A stretch of DNA of 64,000 nt from positions 35,377 through 99,376 of the forward strand of contig DJVI01000028.1 in assembly GCA_002441125.1 (NCBI GenBank), given 5' to 3'. Below are positions 1 to 7,125 of this stretch, piece by piece. The DNA is from a candidate division WOR-3 bacterium UBA6260 (lineage in GTDB: Bacteria; Hydrothermota; 32-111). The notes beneath the pieces were generated by a model. It had not been told where the DNA came from, did not search any database, and saw nothing but the letters and a program-made list of their open reading frames with translations. The position numbers and the translations under genes are program-made. Numbering within the stretch: the first letter of the stretch is position 1; the number at the start of each line of letters is the position of its first letter.

Positions 1-244
1 TTATTATTATTATAGAAACATCAGGGTAAAAATGTTTAAGCTCAGGCAGATACTCTAATCCAGTTCTGTCAGGTAATTTAACATCAAGTAAAATAAGGTC
101 TATCGAATTTTTTTCTAAAATTTGAAACATCTCTTTTCCATTTGACGATTTAAAAACATTGTACCTGTTTTCAAGAAGTATCTCTCCAACAGATTCAAGA
201 ATGAAAGGATCATCGTCAACTATCAAAACATTCTTCATATTCAT
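1..244 (-). CDS. Response regulator receiver-domain protein. The N-terminus is in the window; the gene runs off the window start.
   Basis: The reverse complement of 1-244 translates as MNMKNVLIVDDDPFILESVGEILLENRYNVFKSSNGKEMFQILEKNSIDLILLDVKLPDRTGLEYLPEL... with the receiver DD and phospho-acceptor-like D in LDV. A GGAGG RBS lies 4-10 nt upstream of the ATG at 244/238. The reading frame stays open to position 1. Confidence 0.7.
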   Translation of the reverse strand, partial: MNMKNVLIVDDDPFILESVGEILLENRYNVFKSSNGKEMFQILEKNSIDLILLDVKLPDRTGLEYLPELKHFYPDVSIIII

Positions 245-252
245 AAGACCTC

Positions 253-1311
253 CTATATCGTAGGCAAAGGAAGAACAACTTTTATTTCGGTTCCGTTTTC
301 ATAATCTTTCATCAACAATTTTCCAGAAACATTTTCAATATCGAATTTTATAGAGTTAACAGTCAGAAGGTCAGACCTGCTATTTTCATCATCTTGCTCT
401 GCAAGTCTCTCAATATCTGTTTTAAAATTTGTGTTGAAAATTAAATTTATGTTATCATCGAAAAGAGAAAAACTTATCGATACTTTGTTCCCTTTAACTT
501 TTTCACTTCTGTGAAAAAGAAGAAGCATCAGTTCAAGGAAAATATATTTCAAAAATCCATGTGGTAACTTTACAGGCGGGATCTTTTTGTCATAAGAGTA
601 TTCAATTTCAACATTATGGTTTATAAAATAATCTTTTATTATAGGTAAAAATTTTACAGTTTCATCCTCGATGTTGACAAGTTCCATCCTTTCAGAGATA
701 CCGAGTTTAAGTTCCCTTACAGTTGATACTATAGAAACTATCCTATCAACATTCTGCTCGATCATATCTATCTTTTTATGCAACTCCTTTGGGCAACTCT
801 TATCCAATCTCAACATATCGAGTTGAAGGATTATAGATGTAACAGGGTTATTTATCATATGACTTATACTTGATATCAATTCCCCAGCTACTGAAAGTTT
901 TGAAATTTTCCCAATTTCATGTTGTAAAGAGGACATACTCTCACAGGAAAATATATAATTTCTGATTCCAACCAATTTTTCACTCTTATATTCAAACTCT
1001 CTCTCAAAATCCTCTTCACTTATAAAATCTAAATAGGGAAATTCAAAAAGTTTTTCATACTCGTAAATATCCTCATCTTTTTTTAAAATTACAAGAATAG
1101 GGATCTTCAAATAAAAAAACTTTTTTAAAAGATTTGTATTTTCTAAAATTTTTCCGTTTTCAGATGAAGTTAAAATTATGTCTATTTTCACCTCACTACA
1201 AATCTTATCTATTTGACTGAAATCATCTTCAAATATTAAGTTGTTTTCACCCAATTTTTTAGATTTTAATATATTATCCTGCTGTACATTGAAAAGTATT
1301 ATCTGTTTCAT
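253..1311 (-). CDS. Histidine-kinase-like signalling protein. Degenerate N-terminal receiver-like domain, a HisKA H-box, and a divergent ATP-binding region.
   Basis: The H-box is SISHMINNPVTSI (compare AHEINNPL). The C-terminal region has the length of HATPase_c, but the N box lacks Asn (LELMLLLFHRS) and the G1/G2 Gly motifs are degenerate. The N-terminal 100 aa are receiver-like without the DD pair. It overlaps its neighbour by 4 nt. Confidence 0.6.
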   Translation of the reverse strand: MKQIILFNVQQDNILKSKKLGENNLIFEDDFSQIDKICSEVKIDIILTSSENGKILENTNLLKKFFYLKIPILVILKKDEDIYEYEKLFEFPYLDFISEEDFEREFEYKSEKLVGIRNYIFSCESMSSLQHEIGKISKLSVAGELISSISHMINNPVTSIILQLDMLRLDKSCPKELHKKIDMIEQNVDRIVSIVSTVRELKLGISERMELVNIEDETVKFLPIIKDYFINHNVEIEYSYDKKIPPVKLPHGFLKYIFLELMLLLFHRSEKVKGNKVSISFSLFDDNINLIFNTNFKTDIERLAEQDDENSRSDLLTVNSIKFDIENVSGKLLMKDYENGTEIKVVLPLPTI

Positions 1312-2573
1312 AAAATTCCCTCCTCTATTTCACTTTCAGCTATATACCTTATCATATCTTTTGAAATGTCATTTGTATACAATTTTGGTAAATAGGAATC
1401 GTTACGATCTATAAGTTCAACTATCCTTTTAAAATTTTCTTTCGAAGATTTTTTCTTCCCTTCCATTTTATCTATAAGAGCAATATAGTAGAGAGAATAT
1501 ATATTGTTTGGGTTTTGTGCTAATGTTTTTTGAAAATAGAGTTTCGCTATAGAATAGTTCAATCTGTTAAAGTAATATGTACCAAGAATAAAATCGAAAT
1601 CAGGGTCTTTTATCCCATTCAATTCTAACTGTTTTTCAAGAAATTCTATTTTCATAATATCGTTCTGTCTTGTAAATATAAGAAGCATCAATTTTAAAAT
1701 TTCAACACTCATCAGATCATCTTTTCCCAAAAGTGCCTGTAAAATACCTAAAGATTCATTGTATTTTTTCTCCTTGAAAAAATTTAAAGCATCCTCAAAA
1801 GTATAATCTGATACTAAAAATTCATCACTCTCTGGTTTTTTGAAGTAGAATAACCCTTCAGAACCCACCTGCTCGAACAAACCGGTTGAAAAGATGTTCA
1901 TCTCCTTAAAATCCGATACAATATAACCACCACCTTTCAGCAACCTGTAACTCTCTTTTGAAAAATTTACCAACCTATCTTTCAAAAATATTTTGGCAAA
2001 ATTGTTTACAATAATCATATCAAAAAATTCACTCTTTATAGAGTTATTAAAGGGATTTGAGACTATAAAATTTATTCTGTTTAAAAGGTCTGTTCTTATA
2101 GTGTAATTTTCTATCATATCAATAAAATACTTAAGTTCATCATCGTTTGCTTTTATAAGTTGTTGGTATTCTATCTTCCCATTTTTTATCCTATCAACAA
2201 TAAAAAATGATGGATAAACTGCAAAATAGTTTACATTTTTCCTTTTCTTTAGGTTCTTTAAAATCAGTTCACAATCTATTACGAATGAAAGCAAAGAACT
2301 ACCTATATCTGATGAGAAAATGAGGATGTTCAAATTATCCTTTTCAAGATTTTCAAAAATATTTTTTGTAACTTTTTTGATATCCTCATTTTCAAAAAAG
2401 AGGTTTTGATAATTGTAAAGTGCGAAAAGTATCTTTTCAAAATCTTCTTTTGTCTGTATCTTTCCGAGGTTGTAAAGATCATGGATTTTAACATTCAAAG
2501 ATGTTGTTATGTTTATATTGAAAGAGTTCTGTAAAATATCTATTATCTCAATAACAGTTTTGGGAATCAACAT
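1308..2573 (-). CDS. CheR-like SAM-dependent methyltransferase with C-terminal TPR repeats
   Basis: MTase-fold motifs are LNILIFSSDIGSS (compare RIWSAGCSTGEE), FDMIIVNNFAKIFL (compare FDLIFCRNVLIYF) and YRLLKGGGYIVSDFKE (compare LKPGGYLFLGHSE). The C-terminus has TPR-like repeats (AKLYFQKTLAQNPNNIYSLYYIALI). It overlaps both neighbours. Confidence 0.6.
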   Translation of the reverse strand: MLIPKTVIEIIDILQNSFNINITTSLNVKIHDLYNLGKIQTKEDFEKILFALYNYQNLFFENEDIKKVTKNIFENLEKDNLNILIFSSDIGSSLLSFVIDCELILKNLKKRKNVNYFAVYPSFFIVDRIKNGKIEYQQLIKANDDELKYFIDMIENYTIRTDLLNRINFIVSNPFNNSIKSEFFDMIIVNNFAKIFLKDRLVNFSKESYRLLKGGGYIVSDFKEMNIFSTGLFEQVGSEGLFYFKKPESDEFLVSDYTFEDALNFFKEKKYNESLGILQALLGKDDLMSVEILKLMLLIFTRQNDIMKIEFLEKQLELNGIKDPDFDFILGTYYFNRLNYSIAKLYFQKTLAQNPNNIYSLYYIALIDKMEGKKKSSKENFKRIVELIDRNDSYLPKLYTNDISKDMIRYIAESEIEEGIL

Positions 2574-4672
2574 TTCCCCCTTTTTAAGATATTTTTAACT
2601 CTCAACAAAACCTTCTGAGGATCGATAGGTTTTGTTATATAGTCATCAGCACCTTTTGTAAGTCCCTCTATTTCATTTTCAGAATCAGATTTTGAAGTGA
2701 GAACAACAACAGGGATATTGGATAGATTTTCATCATTTTTAATCCTTTCGAGAAGTTCAAATCCTCCCATCTGGGGCATAGACAAGTCTGTGATAACAAG
2801 ATCAACATTTTTGCTGTTCAATATTTCTAAAGCCTCTTTACCATTTTCAGCTTCTAATGTTAAAAAACCTTCAGATTTAAAAAGTGCACTAATTACTGTT
2901 CTTATCGTTTTTACATCATCAACAACAAGAATACTCTTTCCCTTTTCACCCCTTTCTTTTTTTTCTACACAGTAAGAGATTTCATCCTCAACAAGAAACC
3001 TGTCCACATCAAGAACCCTTTCAATTTCGCTGAAAGTCGTTATACCTTTTTTTACTTTATCGAGTCCATCATTAAAAACAGTTTTATAATTTATACTCTT
3101 GAGATAAGAAACTATCTCATTCAAATTTGTTCCCTTCTCAATAAGTTCTCTCAACTTCTGATCTATTTCTAAAACTCCAAAAATTCCAATTATCCCTGAA
3201 AATCCGGTATAGTTACATTTTTCACATCCATTTTTGTTCTCTTCAAAGATTTCAAAATTCTCATCCACTTTTAAAATCTTTCTTACCTTTTCATCAGGCT
3301 TGATTTTATGTGAACAAAATTTACAAACTTTTCTGACTATCCTCTGTGCTATAACAACAAGTAAAGCGTCAGCTATAAGATATGGCTCAACACCTAAATC
3401 TTTCAACCTTATTAGAGTTGATACTTCACTGTTTGTGTGAAGAGTTGAAAGTAAAAGATGACCTGTGATAGCCCCTTTGAATGCGGTTTGTGCTGTTTCA
3501 GTATCTCTTATTTCACCTAGCAGTATAACATTTGGATCCTGCCTTAACAGAGTTCTTAAAGCTGAAGAGAAAGTAACATTGTTTTTAGGATCTATCTGTG
3601 TCTGATTTATACCTTTAATAGTGTACTCTATGGGGTCCTCAATAGTTGTGATGTTTAAATGTTTATAGTCAAGTTCCTGTAAAATAGAATACAGTGTAGT
3701 TGTTTTCCCACTTCCAGTTGGACCTGTGACAAGAATTATTCCCTGCGATTTTGCCGTGTTTTTCCTGATGATTTTAATATTCTCTTCTGTTAATCCAAGT
3801 TGTTCTAACGAAACTTTTATTTTACTTTTATCAAGAATCCTAATAACTACTTTTTCCCCATCCATTATTGGAATTGTAGAAACCCTTAAAGAGATATCTT
3901 TCTGGGAAACAACTATCTGTATATTTCCATCCTGTGCTTTTCTTGTAATAGTTATATCCATTTTAGCCATAATTTTTATTCTTGAAATTACTCTTTTTTC
4001 TATCTTTTTTGGTAACCTCAAGTGCTCCTGTAAAAATCCATCTATCCTGTATCTAACGATAAGGTTACTTGCCTGTGGTTCAAAATGTATATCTGAAGCG
4101 TTCAACTTTATAGCATCTATAATTATAGAGTTTATAAGTCTAACTATAGGTTTAGCACTTATTTCATCATCCTCTACTACCTCTTCTTCAATATTTTCAT
4201 AATCATCTATTTTAAGTATATTCTCATCAAGTTCATAAGAGAATTTTTCCTGTCCAAAAATTTCAACAAATTTGTTTTCAATGTTTTCTGAAGTAGTTAC
4301 ATAAATGTCTACATCAAGACCTGTTATAAACTGAATATCTTTAATGAGTTCAAGATTAAAAGGATTATCAGAAACTATCTTTAAAGTTTTTTGGGAAAGT
4401 TCAAAAGGAATAAATCTATTTTTCTTAATGTAAGAAGGTATGAAAAGAGATAATAAACCTTCAGTTATTTGAACTTCTTTCAAATCAACATAACCTACCT
4501 TAAAATTCTCCTCAATTAACTTTGCGAGTTTTTCATCTACCTTTAACTTTCCCTCATATAAAAGGTTTGTAAAAAATTTTATCTGATCAAAACTTTTTGA
4601 TTCACTCTCTTTCTGATAGAGTTTAAATATTTCAGGAAAGTTTTTTAAATAATCAATTATTTGTTCTTTCAT
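2567..4672 (-). CDS. GspE/PilB-family type II/IV secretion ATPase, with an N-terminal T2SSE_N domain and a C-terminal response-regulator receiver domain
   Basis: Walker A is LVTGPTGSGKTTTLYSIL. The Asp box is NITTIEDPIEY. Walker B is ILLGEIRDTETA. The His box is GHLLLSTLHTN. The tetracysteine motif is CKFCSHK...CEKCNYTGF. The C-terminal 120 aa read ILVVDDVKTIRTV...VDLVITDLSMPQMGG...VVVLTSKSD...ADDYITKP, a canonical receiver domain. Confidence 0.85.
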   Translation of the reverse strand: MKEQIIDYLKNFPEIFKLYQKESESKSFDQIKFFTNLLYEGKLKVDEKLAKLIEENFKVGYVDLKEVQITEGLLSLFIPSYIKKNRFIPFELSQKTLKIVSDNPFNLELIKDIQFITGLDVDIYVTTSENIENKFVEIFGQEKFSYELDENILKIDDYENIEEEVVEDDEISAKPIVRLINSIIIDAIKLNASDIHFEPQASNLIVRYRIDGFLQEHLRLPKKIEKRVISRIKIMAKMDITITRKAQDGNIQIVVSQKDISLRVSTIPIMDGEKVVIRILDKSKIKVSLEQLGLTEENIKIIRKNTAKSQGIILVTGPTGSGKTTTLYSILQELDYKHLNITTIEDPIEYTIKGINQTQIDPKNNVTFSSALRTLLRQDPNVILLGEIRDTETAQTAFKGAITGHLLLSTLHTNSEVSTLIRLKDLGVEPYLIADALLVVIAQRIVRKVCKFCSHKIKPDEKVRKILKVDENFEIFEENKNGCEKCNYTGFSGIIGIFGVLEIDQKLRELIEKGTNLNEIVSYLKSINYKTVFNDGLDKVKKGITTFSEIERVLDVDRFLVEDEISYCVEKKERGEKGKSILVVDDVKTIRTVISALFKSEGFLTLEAENGKEALEILNSKNVDLVITDLSMPQMGGFELLERIKNDENLSNIPVVVLTSKSDSENEIEGLTKGADDYITKPIDPQKVLLRVKNILKRGKC

Positions 4673-6068
4673 ATTCTCCTATAAAATTTATAAATTTTTC
4701 AACTAAATCTTTTTGAAAATATTTGTCAGATAACTTTTGCAGATTTTCAAAAGCGTTGTTTTTCCCAACACCATCTCTATAATTCTTATTCTCTGTGAGA
4801 AGTATATAAGTATGAACAAGTTTAATTATCTGTGACTCGATTGGGATCTGGGCACCTTGCAATCTTTTTGGGAAACCAGTGCCATCATAATTTTCACTTA
4901 TAGATCCGATTATAGGTTCAAGTTCCTTTAAAAACTCTATATCCTCAATAACATTTTTGAATTTTTCTGAAACCTCTTTTGAACTACTCTTTTTATCTTT
5001 CCCAAAAGATTGTATTATATCAAAAAGAATAGATGAATATTTTATCTTTTCTATAATTTCCTCATCTAATTTCAAAAAAGAAGAAAAATCTTCACAATAT
5101 TTAGATTTTTTCTCTATTAACCTTTTTTGATTGCTATCCGATAAACCTGTAAGAGTAAGCATAGTGTATATAATACCATACCTTGTTGACTTCAACTTTT
5201 TGTTTAATTTTATTTCATAGTATTTGTGTGATAAAACAAAAGATAAAACTTCTGCGATTTCAAGATCCGTATCAAGAAAATCATTTTCCCTTTTTAAGTA
5301 AACAACTCCCAAAATATCATTCTCATAACTCATAACTGATGTCATAGATTTTGAACCAGCAAAAATACAACCAATATTGTTTTTTACCGGTATGAAAAAT
5401 ATTGGTAACTTTGGATCCACTTTTTCACCAACTTTAAATTCACCAACAGAAGGACCAACTATCTCTTTAAAAAAGTCATCCTCTTTTACAAAAAAATATA
5501 TAAACTGTGTTAAAAAAATTTTTGAAAATTCAAGGTAAGATATTTTAAATAGAGTTTCTATATCATCTATCTTAGAAATCTTTTTTTGGAACCGTTTCAA
5601 AAGTATCAACCTCTCAATAACTTTTCTCGATTCATCACTCTCCGGATTTTTTTCCTTCTTGTTAATAATATCTGCAATTATTTTTTTATTCTCAAGCAAA
5701 CTGTTCCTCTTGTTGATAGCACTTTTCAATGCGTTCATAACCTGATTAACATGTAAAGGTTTGGGGATATAATCGAAAGCGCCATATTGCAAAGCTTCAA
5801 TAGAAGTTGAGAGGGAAGCGTATGCAGTCATAACTATTACCTGAATATCACTATCAATCTCCTTAACATTTTTTAAGATATTAAGACCTGAAATGTCTGG
5901 AAGTATTATATCTGTAAATACAATATCTGGTGGATTGTTTGTTATATAATTCATAGCCGAAGTACCATCATAAAAAGCAAGACATTCATAATCTGAAGAA
6001 TAGTTGTTCAAAGCATCCTTTAAAGAGTTTGCAAGATCTTTGTTGTCATCAATAATCAAAACCCTCAT
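4653..6068 (-). CDS. Response-regulator protein with an N-terminal receiver domain and a C-terminal HD-GYP-like domain (GYP half conserved, HD motif degenerate)
   Basis: The receiver domain reads MRVLIIDDNKD...DIVFTDIILPDISG...VIVMTAY...FDYIPKP. The C-terminus carries ENYDGTGFPKRLQGAQIPIESQIIKLVHTY plus a distal AFENLQKLSDKYFQKDLVEKF, matching the HHERxDGSGYPxGLxGExIPLxxRI part of HD-GYP. In the upstream half, LHDIGK is replaced by ILFDI. Start chosen at the ATG (MRV) preceded by GGAGG. The ORF-track start at 6191 adds an unlikely 41-aa leader. Confidence 0.6.
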   Translation of the reverse strand: MRVLIIDDNKDLANSLKDALNNYSSDYECLAFYDGTSAMNYITNNPPDIVFTDIILPDISGLNILKNVKEIDSDIQVIVMTAYASLSTSIEALQYGAFDYIPKPLHVNQVMNALKSAINKRNSLLENKKIIADIINKKEKNPESDESRKVIERLILLKRFQKKISKIDDIETLFKISYLEFSKIFLTQFIYFFVKEDDFFKEIVGPSVGEFKVGEKVDPKLPIFFIPVKNNIGCIFAGSKSMTSVMSYENDILGVVYLKRENDFLDTDLEIAEVLSFVLSHKYYEIKLNKKLKSTRYGIIYTMLTLTGLSDSNQKRLIEKKSKYCEDFSSFLKLDEEIIEKIKYSSILFDIIQSFGKDKKSSSKEVSEKFKNVIEDIEFLKELEPIIGSISENYDGTGFPKRLQGAQIPIESQIIKLVHTYILLTENKNYRDGVGKNNAFENLQKLSDKYFQKDLVEKFINFIGEYERTNN

Positions 6069-6256
6069 CTTCCTTTGCACAATTCCTCCTTTTACACCTA
6101 TTATATACAAAAAAAATGCCAAATATAAGTGTAACAATTTCATTATGTTATGATTATATGACATTCTGGATTTTTTTAAATTGAGAATCATTTACAATTA
6201 AGTATTTGTTTTTATAGACTTATAGTTTGTAAAAAGAATTTGCAAAAGTCATAATT

Positions 6257-6973
6257 TTATGACACATTCAAAGTTTCAGAAACAAGATAACATTTTCTTA
6301 ATACTAAAGATTTCAAAAATGTATTTGTTTCGCAACTTTTTTTAAGTTCATCAATGTTTAAATTCGTTTTCAATATTAATTTTTTATTTTGTGGTAAACT
6401 TTCTAACTTCTTTATTATCAAGAAGTTATTAAAAATATTTAAAGTTTCAATTTGGATGTAACAATTTGTTCCATCCATTTTTTCAAAATCGATATTTTCA
6501 AGATCTTCAATTTTTATCTTTTTTAAACTTTTAAAAATTTTGATTTCTGGGATTTTGGTTAAAAGTAAAATATTCTTTTCCATCCTGCCATCATTCAAAA
6601 AATTTTCAATTATAAATTTATACTCCTCTATCTCTTTAAGTATCCTATCAAGTTGTTCATAATGAAAAGGTTTCTCTATTATATAATTTACATTAAGTTC
6701 TTTTAAAAGATCCTTTATTTTTTGATTCGGACTTGCGGTAACAACAATAAAAGTTAAAAATAGTTCCATCCTTTTTAACTGATTTATTATATTTATACCA
6801 TAGTTCGAACCCAAGAAGATATCTATTATAAGAACATCAAGAGTTTCAATCTCGTTAGACTTTATGAAAAGAGGATGTTTATTCAAAAGGTAAACTTCAT
6901 GTTTTTTTAAAATAAGAATATCTTTTAAAGCGTTTGCAAAAGTTTCATTATCCTCAATTAATCCTATCTTCAT
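6257..6973 (-). CDS. Response regulator receiver protein with an uncharacterised C-terminal domain
   Basis: The sequence MKIGLIEDNETF...LDVLIIDIFLGSNYG...FIVVTAS...NYIIEKP is a receiver domain. An AAGGAG RBS lies 5 nt upstream of the ATG at 6973. The C-terminal ~120 aa have no motif I can assign. Confidence 0.6.
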   Translation of the reverse strand: MKIGLIEDNETFANALKDILILKKHEVYLLNKHPLFIKSNEIETLDVLIIDIFLGSNYGINIINQLKRMELFLTFIVVTASPNQKIKDLLKELNVNYIIEKPFHYEQLDRILKEIEEYKFIIENFLNDGRMEKNILLLTKIPEIKIFKSLKKIKIEDLENIDFEKMDGTNCYIQIETLNIFNNFLIIKKLESLPQNKKLILKTNLNIDELKKSCETNTFLKSLVLRKCYLVSETLNVS

Positions 6974-7090
6974 AATTACTCCTTTTTTTTCTAATTCAGT
7001 TAAACACATTATTTGTGCCAAACTAAATTATTATTTTTTATAACTTAAAGTTAATAAAAAGTTATGAACACATTACAAATGTTTAAAATG

Positions 7091-7118
7091 TTGACAATTT
7101 GGTTTTAAAGTTTATTAT
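7091..7118 (+). promoter_or_regulatory. Sigma-70-type promoter (TTGACA-16 nt-TATTAT) that abuts the transporter start codon, possibly producing a leaderless mRNA
   Basis: TTGACA at 7091-7096 and TATTAT at 7113-7118. The ATG is at 7126, with no RBS in between. Confidence 0.4.
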
Positions 7119-7125
7119 CCTAATT

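Noticed and set aside
2567-3100. A MshEN-type c-di-GMP-binding motif (RLGxxLLxxGxIxxxxLxxALxxQ) in the N-terminus of the GspE-REC protein.
   Set aside because: The N-terminal domain is T2SSE_N-like. The RLG...Q motif residues are not convincingly present (FFTNLLYEGKLKVDEKLAKLIEE). Binding cannot be asserted from the sequence.
2697-4202. Plus-strand ORFs 2697-2975, 3234-3440 and 3726-4202 inside the GspE-REC gene. Many similar antisense ORFs elsewhere, e.g. 8819-9172, 8940-9134, 11057-11570, 14526-14825, 14962-15189, 16448-16672, 18284-18511, 18767-19036, 19259-19579, 20723-20926, 21041-21417, 22798-23031, 23298-23522, 24295-24776, 25523-25756, 26772-27041, 27736-28166, 28922-29146, 29624-29911, 30191-30391, 30895-31284, 31579-31785, 32019-32297, 32460-32693, 34143-34361, 35378-36353, 37223-37426, 39534-39841, 40892-41110, 43029-43283, 44963-45205, 47853-48062, 48871-49059, 49631-50029, 51444-51701, 53052-53243, 53650-54066, 54313-54504, 55128-55310, 55628-55810, 59492-59695, 60830-61030, 62571-62756, 62948-63133, 63097-63615.
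   Set aside because: They lie fully inside well-supported opposite-strand genes. They have low-complexity S/F/L-rich translations typical of shadow frames in AT-rich DNA. None has an RBS or a recognisable motif.
6069-6191. A 41-aa N-terminal extension of the REC/HD-GYP protein, with a hydrophobic stretch that could be read as a membrane anchor.
   Set aside because: A GGAGG RBS sits immediately before the internal GTG/ATG that starts the canonical receiver sequence (MRVLIIDD). Receiver domains almost always begin at the protein N-terminus. The upstream stretch looks like untranslated leader.
6257-6620. A possible LytTR DNA-binding domain at the C-terminus of the REC protein 6257-6973.
   Set aside because: I could not find the characteristic F-x-R-x-H-R-S-y-I-V-N segment. 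The assignment is left open.
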